A DNA stretch of 64,000 bases. It comes from Pseudomonadota bacterium (lineage in GTDB: Bacteria; Pseudomonadota; Gammaproteobacteria; JAKBBU01). Within the stretch, counting starts at the first letter, position 1, and the number at the start of each line of letters is the position of its first letter. Where the stretch lies: contig JAKBBU010000003.1 in assembly GCA_021808365.1 (NCBI GenBank), positions 4,685 through 68,684 on the forward strand. Reading direction: 5' to 3'. The position numbers and the translations under genes are program-made. Below are positions 19,807 through 29,894 of this stretch, piece by piece. The notes below the pieces were generated by a model. That model was not told where the DNA came from, did no database searches, and saw nothing but the letters and a program-made list of their open reading frames with translations.

Positions 19807-22074
19807 CTATTGCAACAACGACAAATCCACACTCTCTAGAAACAGCTCATCCAAAGCCTTCAACAAGCGCAAACGATTGTTACGGACTTTTTCATCCTCA
19901 TCCATCACACGAACCGTATCAAAAAAGCAATCAATAGGATCGCGTAATTGAGAGAGTTCATTGAGAATTTTTTTACAATTTTCTGTATAGTTTTTTCTAT
20001 AATTGGTGTCATTGGAAATTGTTTTTGAATTCTTCTCTGCTATCGAAGCTTTTGTTTTTTCTAATACAGTCCAAAGATCTTTTTCTTCTCGCATCGAAAA
20101 CAAAGTAGCTTGAGGTAGTCCAGATAAATTTATATTTTCTTTCTTCAAAATATTACGCGCACGTTTACTGCCTGTTTTAAGGGCATTGAAAGCTTCTGGG
20201 TTAGTTTTTTCAAACTCATCAAGCGCGTTAAGCCAACAATCAATATGTAAAGGCTCTTTCAAATTTTTGGCTAAAATAACAGTGATCTGATCAGGTCTAA
20301 AATTTTCACTATAATACGCCCGCAAACGCTCCAAGATGTAATTAAAACTATCATCGACAGTATTAGAATTTTTAAGCGAAATATTTTGGTCTTTATAAAA
20401 ACCAGCCGCTAATTCGAGAAGTTGATATAAATTAAGAGGCAGATCTTTTTCAATCAAAATTCGCAAAATCCCAAGCGAAGCACGTCGCAAACCAAACGGA
20501 TCTTTGTCGCCTGTTGGTATTTGACCTGTGCTAATGATCCCAATGATTGTATCAAGGCGATCGGCGAGGGCGAGGGCTTGGGCACTAGGCGAGGTTGGTA
20601 AAAGGTCATTTGCAAAACGTGGCCAATAATGTTGTTCGATAAATTCGCCTGAAGCAGGTTTAGCTTTATCAGAGATGGAATTATCTTGATTATAATAATG
20701 AGTTCCCATTATTCCTTGTAGCTCAGGAAATTCTCCAACCATTTGTGTCATCAAGTCAGACTTACATAGTTGACCAATTTCATAGATACGCTCGGCAGCA
20801 GGATCAGAAGTTCCTTCTTGAGAGTGTCTCATTTTATGTAAAATTGTACGCGCGAAACGGGCGATTCTTTCACTCTTATCCCAAAGCGTTCCTAATCCAG
20901 TTTGAAATGATACTGTTTTTAATCCTTTACGATGTTGTTCTAACGTTTTTTTCAAATCTTCGTGATAAAAAAATTCAGCATCTGACAATCGAGCACGCAT
21001 GACACGTTCATTTCCTGATTTAATATTAGGATGATCACCTAAATTACTTACAGCAATAAAACAAGAGTCTAAATCATAAACTAAGTCACCTATTAGTTCA
21101 TATTCCTCATTTTCATAGGGTGTTTCTTTGAAATGTATATCTTTTTTTAATGCTTGAGGTCGTCCTCGAACGATAAGACTTACTGGAAAACATTTCTGAT
21201 GTTCCCACATTGAGGCAGAAAGCGCTTCTTTCGGAACTTGAAGAAAACGTGGTTCAAAACTACAAACAACAACAGTAGGCCATTCCACTAATCCTGTAAC
21301 TTCTTGTAATAGGACTCCTTCATTCTTACCATCAAGCACAATAACATTGCCATTTTTATCTTTGTCTAAGGTAAAAACTTTTTTTTGTAATATCTCTTCT
21401 TTAATCTTATCCCGCCGCTTTTCAAAACTCGCAACAACCTTCGCCCCTTCCAACACCTCTTCATAATCCGCCGCATGTTTTAAAATCACAGCTTCTGGAT
21501 GCAAAAACCGATGCCCATATGTTTTACGATCCGCCTCCAATCCAAACAAACGCGCAGGAACAACATCTTCACCCAATAACAAAACAACCCACTTCACCGG
21601 ACGAATAAACTCAAATTCACTCTGACCCCAACGCATTTTTTTTGCGACAGGAATTTGACTCAAGGCTTTCTCAACGATCGCAGGTAACAAATCCGCAGCT
21701 TTTTTCGGAGTTTCTTTAATGCGAGCGACAAGCCACACACCTTTACCTGTGTCTTTACGTTCAAGCTGATCCACAGAAACACCATTTGCGCGCACAAAAC
21801 TTAAAATCGCTTGTGTGGGTTGACCATTAGCATCAAATGCAGCTTGAAGGGCAGGGCCGCGTTTTTCAATTTCACGTGCAGGTGTTTGTGTGTCAAGATC
21901 ATGAACCAAGAGTGCTAAACGGCGCGGTGTTGCAAATTCTTCAATTTTTCCGTAAGTTAAAGAAGCTTCATTTAACCCATTTTCCATTGCCTTTTTAAAG
22001 AACTCAATAAAACCCAGCAAAGGTTTGGCAGGTAATTCTTCGGTGCCAATTTCAACTAAAAAATCTGCTTTCAT
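19807..22074 (-). CDS. glyS: Glycyl-tRNA synthetase beta subunit, with a roughly 55-aa lineage-specific insertion
   Basis: Collinear with E. coli GlyS from FLVEIGTEELP to LLKALDELFL..DLSLLQ. Confidence 0.9.
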   Translation of the reverse strand: MKADFLVEIGTEELPAKPLLGFIEFFKKAMENGLNEASLTYGKIEEFATPRRLALLVHDLDTQTPAREIEKRGPALQAAFDANGQPTQAILSFVRANGVSVDQLERKDTGKGVWLVARIKETPKKAADLLPAIVEKALSQIPVAKKMRWGQSEFEFIRPVKWVVLLLGEDVVPARLFGLEADRKTYGHRFLHPEAVILKHAADYEEVLEGAKVVASFEKRRDKIKEEILQKKVFTLDKDKNGNVIVLDGKNEGVLLQEVTGLVEWPTVVVCSFEPRFLQVPKEALSASMWEHQKCFPVSLIVRGRPQALKKDIHFKETPYENEEYELIGDLVYDLDSCFIAVSNLGDHPNIKSGNERVMRARLSDAEFFYHEDLKKTLEQHRKGLKTVSFQTGLGTLWDKSERIARFARTILHKMRHSQEGTSDPAAERIYEIGQLCKSDLMTQMVGEFPELQGIMGTHYYNQDNSISDKAKPASGEFIEQHYWPRFANDLLPTSPSAQALALADRLDTIIGIISTGQIPTGDKDPFGLRRASLGILRILIEKDLPLNLYQLLELAAGFYKDQNISLKNSNTVDDSFNYILERLRAYYSENFRPDQITVILAKNLKEPLHIDCWLNALDEFEKTNPEAFNALKTGSKRARNILKKENINLSGLPQATLFSMREEKDLWTVLEKTKASIAEKNSKTISNDTNYRKNYTENCKKILNELSQLRDPIDCFFDTVRVMDEDEKVRNNRLRLLKALDELFLESVDLSLLQ

Positions 22075-22102
22075 TCACTCACCTTAAATAATATTGAATT
22101 CT

Positions 22103-22220
22103 TGTGTAGGTTGGGTTAGCACAGCCGCTAGGCTGAGCGTAACCCAACAAAAGCACTTTGCAAAAAGGAGAATGTTGGGTTACGCTCGCCCTTCGGTCGT
22201 GCTAACCCAACCTACACTGT
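22103..22220. repeat. REP-like composite palindrome (two inverted GTAGGTTGGGTTAGCAC..GAGCGTAACCCAAC units) filling the glyQ-glyS junction
   Basis: Arms of about 44 bp are near-perfectly inverted. Single units recur at 17622..17668, 7529..7568 and 45789..45812. Confidence 0.8.
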
Positions 22221-22222
22221 TT

Positions 22223-23227
22223 TCATGCCGATACCTTTTTATTTTCTAATAAAGGAAAACCCAATTCTTCACGCACAGCATAATAACGTTCCGCAATCGC
22301 ACGCGCTAAACTGCGTACGCGCAGCAAATAACGTTGACGTTCAGTGACGGAAATGGCATGGCGGGCATCGAGCAAATTAAACGTATGCGAGGCTTTTAAC
22401 ACCATTTCATAAGCAGGCAGGGGTAATTTTAATTCCAGCAAACGTTGGCATTCTTTTTCATAATCTTCAAAATGTTGAAATAACATTGCCGTATCAGCAT
22501 GCTCAAAATTATAAGCCGAACATTCGCGTTCATTTTGTGAGAATATCTGGCCGTAGGTCACTTCATTTCCATCAGGACCATACGTCCATACTAAATCACG
22601 AAAATGATCTTTTCCCTGTAAATACATGGCTAAACGTTCCAGTCCATAGGTGATTTCACCCGCTACAGGCTGACAGACAAGTCCTCCGACTTGTTGAAAA
22701 TATGTAAATTGAGTGATTTCCATGCCATTTTGCCAGACTTCCCAGCCCAATCCCCAAGCACCAAGCGTGGGTGATTCCCAATTATCTTCCACAAAACGAA
22801 TATCATTTTGCAGTGGATCTAGACCAATGGCGCGTAATGAATTGAGATATAAATCCACAATATTGTCAGGAGAAGGTTTTAAGATCACTTGAAATTGATA
22901 ATAATGCTGTAAACGGTTAGGGTTTTCACCATAACGCCCATCCGTCGGGCGACGGCAAGGTTGCGCAAAGGCGGTATTCCACGGCTCTGGCCCAATCGCT
23001 CGCAAAAAAGTGGCTGGATGAAAAGTCCCCGCACCCACTTCGAGATCCAGGGGTTGCATGATCACGCAGCCTTGATCCGACCAGTATTTTTGGAGGGTAA
23101 AAATCAATTCTTGAAAAGTAAGCGGTTGCTTGTTTGTACTCAAGGGGGAGAATCGCGATTCTCCCCCTTGAGAATCCCCCATCGCGTAAGGTTCAGCGGG
23201 AACCGCTGGTGGTTTTTTATTTGACAC
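22223..23227 (-). CDS. glyQ: Glycyl-tRNA synthetase alpha subunit. The 5' end is ambiguous: ATG 23227, ATG 23182 or TTG 23143.
   Basis: [32 protein letters not shown].. aligns with E. coli GlyQ. A hairpin repeat is embedded in the first 25 codons. Confidence 0.85.
   Translation of the reverse strand: MSNKKPPAVPAEPYAMGDSQGGESRFSPLSTNKQPLTFQELIFTLQKYWSDQGCVIMQPLDLEVGAGTFHPATFLRAIGPEPWNTAFAQPCRRPTDGRYGENPNRLQHYYQFQVILKPSPDNIVDLYLNSLRAIGLDPLQNDIRFVEDNWESPTLGAWGLGWEVWQNGMEITQFTYFQQVGGLVCQPVAGEITYGLERLAMYLQGKDHFRDLVWTYGPDGNEVTYGQIFSQNERECSAYNFEHADTAMLFQHFEDYEKECQRLLELKLPLPAYEMVLKASHTFNLLDARHAISVTERQRYLLRVRSLARAIAERYYAVREELGFPLLENKKVSA
23139..23209. repeat. Family-B composite hairpin element lying inside the 5' end of the glyQ ORF
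   Basis: ctcaagggggagaatcgcgattctcccccttgagaatcccccatcgcgtaaggttcagcgggaaccgctgg. Confidence 0.8.
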
Positions 23228-23244
23228 AGAGGCCTCTTTAAGTT

Positions 23245-23751
23245 CTACATATTCGCTTTGCGAAATTTCTCTACTTTTTTCAGAATGCGCTGTTGTTTCA
23301 ATCGGGATAAATAATCAATGTACAATTTGCCATCCAGGTGATCGATCTCATGTTGAAAGACAGAAGCTGCACGAAGATCATCCGTTTCGATAAATTGCTC
23401 TTTAAAATCTTGGTCGAAATAACGAACCTTAACCCAGGCAGCACGTTTGACTTCATCGTAGTGCCCTGGGACGGATAGGCAACCTTCCTGGGCAAGCTGC
23501 TCGCCGCCGCGTTCCAGGATTTCAGGGTTGATGAGGCAAAAAGGCTCGGGGCGTACATGCGCATCGTCGATTACCACGATCCTTAGTTGAATGTTGATCT
23601 GTGTCGCAGCCAAACCAGCGCCATGGGAAGCCTCCATGGTTTCAAACATATCAGTGATGATTTGGCGAACCTGATCATCAAGCGCCGGAACAGATTTTGC
23701 GATCTTTCGCAGGCGTGGGTCGGGAACAATGAGTACTTCGTGTATGGCCAT
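23245..23751 (-). CDS. def: Peptide deformylase
   Basis: [16 protein letters not shown] motifs. Confidence 0.9.
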   Translation of the reverse strand: MAIHEVLIVPDPRLRKIAKSVPALDDQVRQIITDMFETMEASHGAGLAATQINIQLRIVVIDDAHVRPEPFCLINPEILERGGEQLAQEGCLSVPGHYDEVKRAAWVKVRYFDQDFKEQFIETDDLRAASVFQHEIDHLDGKLYIDYLSRLKQQRILKKVEKFRKANM

Positions 23752-23788
23752 GGGAACCTTCTAATTAAGTTTTTTACCAGCTTATCCC

Positions 23789-23880
23789 ATTTCTCACATT
23801 AATCAGTTACAGTGAAGGCTGCAGCAATGCCACAAGGCACATTGGTATAGTCTTCACTGTAACTGATTAATGTGAGAAAT
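23789..23880. repeat. 92-bp imperfect palindrome with a CAATGCCACAA core (family A)
   Basis: atttctcacattaatcagttacagtgaag...cttcactgtaactgattaatgtgagaaat. Related copies at 41848..41934, 44011..44107 and 57675..57742. Confidence 0.8.
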
Positions 23881-23940
23881 GAGATAAATCTTACTATAAG
23901 GCAGACAGGGAGGCAAGTAACTGTTAATTTTTTGCTCATT

Positions 23941-26900
23941 TTATATGAAATGGGTTTGTGTCGTCTCATTTCTAAAATCATTACTTTCCTTTTTATCATC
24001 TTTTTCCAAGTTGCTTTTATTGGGTTTATAAGAAGAGGCTGATAAAATAATATTTATATGAGGTATGGGTTGATCTTCACGAGTAACATCTTGATTATTG
24101 TTATTATTTGCTTCTCTCATTCTAACAAAGCGATTGTTATTTTGACCATTAAAAGCCTGATTAAAACAAGATAGGTAAGTTTTAGCTGATTGTAAGATGT
24201 CTAAAATATGACCTCTTGAAATGTCCTCAACAAGGGTATCCAGCTCACCATCTTTCGTGAGGAATGTTGGGGTTTGTTCAGATGCCGCTGCATCATGAGC
24301 CAAGAAATCTGTTAATACATTGAAAGTTGTTTGTTGTACTTTGTTTTTTCTAAGTAAATTGCTAAATTTACTATATTTTTCATCATTATTTAAATTCTTT
24401 AATCCATCACGGATTAAAAGCATCATCATTTTGATGCAGGCTGGAATGTAATGATCTTCTTCTAGCAAAATGTCTTTCTTTTCAGGGTTGTTATAAATAT
24501 ACGTGTGAATAGAAACAAGCATATTAAGTGCATAATTTACATTTTCTTTGGCGATGCTATTAATGTCGGGTTGGATAATATTTTCAAATTGGAAATCTAA
24601 TGGTTGACAATCGAGCAATTCTTCAAAGTTGAGTGTGATTTTGTCGCTGTTATTTAAAGGGATATTTTTCAATTTTTTCGTGATTTTAAAATGATTTTCA
24701 AAAGCGATCAATCCTCGAAGCGACTCAATGAGCGCTTTTATTTTTTCAGGATTATTAAAAAAATTGGTAGAGAACCCATGTTCAGCAGGATGTCTTAACA
24801 AGTTTCGGATCTTATTGGCCTGTCTTAAATAAGAGTCATTTTTAAAAATATTTAAATGATCTGTCGAAAGTTTTTTATCTTGGTGCTGTTTAATTAGCAC
24901 GTCGAAAGCATGAAAAAACTTAAAATTTTGATAGACAATTGCAGCGGGCAAACAACCCATTGGTGTAGAAATTTTTTTTGGATCAATGACCAAAAAGGCG
25001 TGTAGCCGTTCAATATATTGATTTACTAAAGCTTCTTGTTCATGCAAGATGGGTTTGCCAGATTTTTGCTCGATAGGCGTTATACGATTTTTTTTCTTAT
25101 AATGTCTTTTTTCTGTAGAAATTTTAATATTATTAAAATTTTCTGAAAGACGATCTTGTTTTGGAGGAAGCACATGCCAGTATTCTGGATTTTCATATTT
25201 AACTTCATTGAATTTTTCTTCAAGTTTTTCTTCCTCAAATTTTATTTCATCCGGTTTTTTTTGATCATTAACTATTTCTTGTTTTTTTTCTTGATTTAAA
25301 GCTGGAGTGGAGATCTTTGGAACTTCTACTTTGATTTTTTCATTATTAGGCTCTAAACCATCATCTTCTTCAGGATGATCAGCTTGAATGATAGCTTCAG
25401 CAGTTTCTAATTCGCAAGAAATAAATTGTACTTCAAGTTTAAGTTGTTTGACCTGTTCATCTAGATCGGTTGAAACAGCTTGACAAGTTTTAATGAATTT
25501 ATTTAATTGATTTGTTTTTTCTTCTAAGATTTTTAACGTGTCAAGATGTTTTTGTGCGTTTAAAAGGGTATTAATGCGTTCTTCTGATATATGACTGTGC
25601 AATGGAGATAAGATTTTCTGAATGGCTTCAATTTCAATATGTAAATTGTTAATATATTCATCATATTCTAATTTTCCCATTAATTCATTGTTTTTATTTT
25701 TTATTGTTTGAATGGTTTCTTCTAATTTTGTTAGTTTTTCAAGATTTTCTTTTTTTATTTTATATTTCTCTGTGGGTAAAAAGATAATATTTGAATTTTT
25801 AGTGAGCTTTTTAAGCTTATTTGACTGAGTGTCAAGATATTTTTTTGTTTCTTTTTGTTTGTTTTTCATGAGTTCAATTTGTTTGGATGAAAAATTAGTA
25901 TTAGTTTGAATGAACTCAAATTTTGATTTAATGATGGGCCCTTTTTTAAGCAAGTTATTTCCAGTATCTAGTAATTTTTTATGTAAAGTATCGATCGATT
26001 TTTTTCTAATAAAAGAGTTTTTTTTCAAAGTTACAGTGAGATTATTTTTATCATAAGAGGAGATGGCGGTTAAGAAAAAGTCAAGGATCATGTGAAACAA
26101 AGATGTTCGGATGAAAAAAATATTGTTTTTTTCAAAATGAACTCCACAGCCCTTGATGTTAATTTTAAATAATTTATCAATCAAATTCAGGTTGATGAAT
26201 TTTTCTAGAGGTTTAAGTGTTTCTTTAGTGATAGATGTGAATTCTGATTTTTTGTGACTCTTCAATAACTTATTTATTTCTGTTTTGAAAGACGCTTCTC
26301 TTTTGCTAATTGATTGGTTTGGAAAAAAGAGGTTGTCAAGTCGTATTGAATGTTCTTGGGCTTTTAAATGAGCTATTTCTTCAATAAATTTTGTAATATT
26401 TGAATCACAAAAAACATTTTTTTGATCAAGCTGCATTTCTAAGGCGGTTTTTGCAGAAAGATAAAAATCTTTATCTGAGGCATCAAGCATTTTACTCTGC
26501 TTGTAGAGCAAAGTAAACAAACCACCACACCAGAATATAAAAAAAATACTAATCCATGTATGAGAATTTGACCAATAAATCGGTTTGTTTTCTGAAAGAT
26601 ATTGAGTGATTACGTTTTTAAATTTATTTTCAAGATTGGAGTTTTCTGTAAGAAAATTTTCTATCTCTAGAAGGTATTGAGCATTTTTGAGTTCTTTGCG
26701 CGATAAAAATTTACGAAACTGACGAACACTATTTCCTTTCATTTCGGATAGAATTAATTGGCTGAAGAGCGTTCTTGAAAATGTTGTTATTGCTAAAGTT
26801 TTATTTGGTCCACCGTACGTAAAATCAATGGATATTTTTTGGCCATTAAATAAACTGTTTAAAAAAACATTTTCTAAAAAATCCATATAGGTCAATTTTA

Positions 26901-27684
26901 AATTTAAAACGCGATTGTGAAAAGCGATATTGTTTTTTATCTTATCAAATGTTGGGATCACTGTCTGATAATTGATGTTTTGGGGAGGGTTCATTTCGAA
27001 AAAAGCGACGGTGTTAATTAAAAAATCAAAAAATAAAAAGTGGCATTCTAATGAGAAATCGGTTAATAATATGTGTATTGTTTGGATGTCAATTAATTCA
27101 ATGTTAATTGCTTTTTTGTAAGCCAATGATTTGTAAAATGAATTTAAAGATTTTTCAGCGTTTACAGAGTATTCTCGCAAGCTAGAAAATGATGCAATAT
27201 ATTTTTTGGTGGTTTCGTTAGATTCTAAATTTTTAGTTTTTTCTATTTCTAAATCAATGATTGTACGATGTTGGTCAAAAGTAATGGCTGAAAAGTTCAA
27301 AGTATTATTTTCAAATAATAAATTATTATGCTTTAAAAAATCCAGGCTGTTCGATGAGTTTTTTTGACTTGGACTTTCAGAGGCTCTGAAGATAGAAGGG
27401 AGTGCTTGGAAGATGATGGGTAGTATCATAAACAATAAGACAGTGGCAAAAATTAGCGTAAGGATTAAGAGTAAACCCAGTAAAAAATCTTTAGGTTTAA
27501 TTGAACTCTTCGTAGTTTGTCGTGGGCGCAAAATAAAAGGGTTTTCAGAGGGGTGAGAGTGCCGCTCGGATCCATGGTCGCTCTGAGGGGGTTCACGCCC
27601 CGTTGAGCAGAGTACAAATTGATTTTCTACGGATTGTTTAGAGCTCTTTTCTTGATGGTTCGATTGTCTATTCATAGGGTTCAT
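23941..27684 (-). CDS. Large (1247 aa) Asn/Lys-rich protein: N-terminal TM helix, second TM about residue 385, long coiled-coil segments; candidate secreted or membrane effector
   Basis: AT-rich composition, well below that of neighbouring housekeeping genes. Heptad-like K/E/L repeats. Hydrophobic stretches LLGLLLILTLIFATVLLFMILPIIF and WISIFFIFWCGGLFTLLY. Confidence 0.6.
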   Translation of the reverse strand: MNPMNRQSNHQEKSSKQSVENQFVLCSTGREPPQSDHGSERHSHPSENPFILRPRQTTKSSIKPKDFLLGLLLILTLIFATVLLFMILPIIFQALPSIFRASESPSQKNSSNSLDFLKHNNLLFENNTLNFSAITFDQHRTIIDLEIEKTKNLESNETTKKYIASFSSLREYSVNAEKSLNSFYKSLAYKKAINIELIDIQTIHILLTDFSLECHFLFFDFLINTVAFFEMNPPQNINYQTVIPTFDKIKNNIAFHNRVLNLKLTYMDFLENVFLNSLFNGQKISIDFTYGGPNKTLAITTFSRTLFSQLILSEMKGNSVRQFRKFLSRKELKNAQYLLEIENFLTENSNLENKFKNVITQYLSENKPIYWSNSHTWISIFFIFWCGGLFTLLYKQSKMLDASDKDFYLSAKTALEMQLDQKNVFCDSNITKFIEEIAHLKAQEHSIRLDNLFFPNQSISKREASFKTEINKLLKSHKKSEFTSITKETLKPLEKFINLNLIDKLFKINIKGCGVHFEKNNIFFIRTSLFHMILDFFLTAISSYDKNNLTVTLKKNSFIRKKSIDTLHKKLLDTGNNLLKKGPIIKSKFEFIQTNTNFSSKQIELMKNKQKETKKYLDTQSNKLKKLTKNSNIIFLPTEKYKIKKENLEKLTKLEETIQTIKNKNNELMGKLEYDEYINNLHIEIEAIQKILSPLHSHISEERINTLLNAQKHLDTLKILEEKTNQLNKFIKTCQAVSTDLDEQVKQLKLEVQFISCELETAEAIIQADHPEEDDGLEPNNEKIKVEVPKISTPALNQEKKQEIVNDQKKPDEIKFEEEKLEEKFNEVKYENPEYWHVLPPKQDRLSENFNNIKISTEKRHYKKKNRITPIEQKSGKPILHEQEALVNQYIERLHAFLVIDPKKISTPMGCLPAAIVYQNFKFFHAFDVLIKQHQDKKLSTDHLNIFKNDSYLRQANKIRNLLRHPAEHGFSTNFFNNPEKIKALIESLRGLIAFENHFKITKKLKNIPLNNSDKITLNFEELLDCQPLDFQFENIIQPDINSIAKENVNYALNMLVSIHTYIYNNPEKKDILLEEDHYIPACIKMMMLLIRDGLKNLNNDEKYSKFSNLLRKNKVQQTTFNVLTDFLAHDAAASEQTPTFLTKDGELDTLVEDISRGHILDILQSAKTYLSCFNQAFNGQNNNRFVRMREANNNNNQDVTREDQPIPHINIILSASSYKPNKSNLEKDDKKESNDFRNETTQTHFI

Positions 27685-27886
27685 TTTTACTTTTCTATTG
27701 TACTAATGGTTAGTATTTTATGTTTCTGAGCCGAGTGTATCAAAGTTGAACAAACTATTGAAGAGGTAAATTTGCGACTGTACTTTTGCTTGTCTCAAGC
27801 CTCCTATCCTGATATGATGCGCGATTCTCCTTGCCTCACTGGGCTTGATGGTCAAGCTTGGGAGGCTGGAATCCACGGGGAGTTAT

Positions 27887-28276
27887 ATGAGACATTACGA
27901 AATTCTTTTTATGGTCCACCCGGATCAAAGTGAGCAAGTGCCACAGATGATCGAGCGCTATACGGCGATTGTTACTGGGCGCGAAGGTCAGGGTAAGGTC
28001 CACCGCCTGGAAGATTGGGGCCGCCGTCAACTGGCCTATCCTATCAATAAGCTTCACAAAGCCCACTACGTTCTCATGAATGTAGAATGCGGCCAAGCGG
28101 CCATGGACGAATTGGCTAACTTGTTCCGTTACAATGATGCCATCATTCGCAACATGGTTATAGCAACCAAAAAAGCGATTACTGAACCTTCGCCAATGGC
28201 ACGACGTGAAAAAGATGATCGTGATCGCGGTGGTGATCGGGATCGGGCTCAGGATTCACAAGAGAGGGCAGAATAA
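27887..28276 (+). CDS. rpsF: 30S ribosomal protein S6 (acidic C-terminal tail)
   Basis: [14 protein letters not shown].. with a GGGGAG SD at the correct spacing. Confidence 0.9.
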   Translation: MRHYEILFMVHPDQSEQVPQMIERYTAIVTGREGQGKVHRLEDWGRRQLAYPINKLHKAHYVLMNVECGQAAMDELANLFRYNDAIIRNMVIATKKAITEPSPMARREKDDRDRGGDRDRAQDSQERAE

Positions 28277-28510
28277 ATGTCAGCACCTACTAATTTTCGT
28301 CGTCGCAAGTATTGCCGGTTTACCGCAGAAGATGCGACTGAAATTGATTACAAAGATGTTGCCTTATTAAAAGGCTTCATCACAGAAACCGGTAAAATTG
28401 TTCCTTGTCGGATCACCGGTACAAAGGCGTACTATCAACGCATGTTGACGACTGCGATCAAACGTGCGCGCATGATGGCCTTATTGCCCTTTTGCGATGG
28501 GCATGGTTGA
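28277..28510 (+). CDS. rpsR: 30S ribosomal protein S18
   Basis: [38 protein letters not shown]. Confidence 0.9.
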   Translation: MSAPTNFRRRKYCRFTAEDATEIDYKDVALLKGFITETGKIVPCRITGTKAYYQRMLTTAIKRARMMALLPFCDGHG

Positions 28511-28519
28511 GCGTGCAGC

Positions 28520-29431
28520 GTGCATAGACTTGGTGAGTTCATCCTGCGGGGGCGTTGGCATGCTGTTTTAATTGCCTTTGCTCTGACTTTTATTCCTCTG
28601 TTGAGTTGGCTTGGGGCCGTCATCATGGGATTAGTGACTCTCCGCAAAGGTCCAAAAGAAGGAGGGATGGTAGCGCTTGCTATTTCATTGCCCGCGATCG
28701 TTTGGGCTTTTCTTGGGCATCCGCAAGTCTTGCTTGGGAATGTGCTCTACGGTTCACTGCTTGTTTACATTGCGGCATTGTGTTTACGGATCTTGCCTTC
28801 TTGGCGCATTGTGCTCCAAGTGACGGTGTTGATGGGGATCGCAGGCGTCTTGGTGACGCACTTGGTTATTCACGATGTTGTCGTAGCTTGGATACATTAT
28901 TACCAACAGCTTGCAAAAACAGCGGGTCAATTGCTCGGTTCTGCTGGACTTGAGCAAGGGCGTGAAAATTGGAGAATGTTGAAGGCAGCTTTGGAGCAAC
29001 CTTACGTTGTTCAAACTATGGCCAAGATGTCAACGGGTATTTTTATTGCCTTCAACATCTTGGGAAGTTTGCTAAATTTAGTGATTGCCCGACTTTGGCA
29101 GGCGGCTCTTTATAATCCAGGTGGATTGCGTCGGGAATTATTAATCATTCGCCTGCATTCCGCATGGATTGGCGTGTGGTTAATTGATCTGCTTGGGATC
29201 TGGGGGCATGTTAATCTCGCCTGGGATATTTTGCCCTTACTGTTCTTGCTTTTTTTACCTGCGGGCTTAAGTGTGGTTCACGCCAGCCTTGCAAAACGAT
29301 CCAAGCCGTGGTTTTGGATCATCAGCTTTTATGCTGTATTAATTCTGCTGTCACCTTATTCGGTGATTGCATTGATTTTGGTGGCTGTATTAGATAGCGT
29401 TGTTGATCTTCGGCAGCGCTTCTCCTATTGA
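28520..29431 (+). CDS. Polytopic inner-membrane protein of unknown function, inserted between rpsR and rplI
   Basis: Six to eight hydrophobic helices and no catalytic motif. No priB is present at this locus. Confidence 0.5.
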   Translation: MHRLGEFILRGRWHAVLIAFALTFIPLLSWLGAVIMGLVTLRKGPKEGGMVALAISLPAIVWAFLGHPQVLLGNVLYGSLLVYIAALCLRILPSWRIVLQVTVLMGIAGVLVTHLVIHDVVVAWIHYYQQLAKTAGQLLGSAGLEQGRENWRMLKAALEQPYVVQTMAKMSTGIFIAFNILGSLLNLVIARLWQAALYNPGGLRRELLIIRLHSAWIGVWLIDLLGIWGHVNLAWDILPLLFLLFLPAGLSVVHASLAKRSKPWFWIISFYAVLILLSPYSVIALILVAVLDSVVDLRQRFSY

Positions 29432-29443
29432 AAGAGGTGCATG

Positions 29444-29893
29444 ATGGAAGTAATTTTGCTTGAAAAAGTACATAATCTTGGGAACTTAGGTAAGCAAGTG
29501 ACCGTGAAGCCTGGTTATGCGCGCAATTATTTATTGCCCAAGGGCAAGGCTGTGACGGCAACGCCCGAGAACAAACGCAAATTTGAGTTGCGTCGCGCTG
29601 AGCTTGAAAAAGCTGCTCAAGAAATTTTCTCAAAAGCGCAAGAACGTGCAAAAACATTTGAAAATATTTTGTTAGAAGTAGCAGCCAGAGCCAGTGATGA
29701 AGGTAAATTATTCGGTTCAGTGGGCCCACGTGAATTGGTTGAAGCGTTTGAAAAATTAGGTCTTGAAGTGGATAAGGCTGAAATCTTGCTACCTGAAGGG
29801 CCTTTCCGTCAAACGGGAGAACATGAAGTAAGCTTGCAATTGCACAGTGATATTCGTGTAGCTGTGAAGTTGATGATCATCGCGGAGGCTTGA
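29444..29893 (+). CDS. rplI: 50S ribosomal protein L9
   Basis: MEVILLEKVHNLGNLGKQVTVKPGYARNYLLPKGKAV. Confidence 0.9.
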   Translation: MEVILLEKVHNLGNLGKQVTVKPGYARNYLLPKGKAVTATPENKRKFELRRAELEKAAQEIFSKAQERAKTFENILLEVAARASDEGKLFGSVGPRELVEAFEKLGLEVDKAEILLPEGPFRQTGEHEVSLQLHSDIRVAVKLMIIAEA

Positions 29894-29894
29894 G

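Noticed and set aside
22961-23224. Plus-strand 87-aa ORF overlapping the glyQ 5' end
   Set aside because: It is created by the family-B repeat and is antisense to glyQ. It has no independent support.
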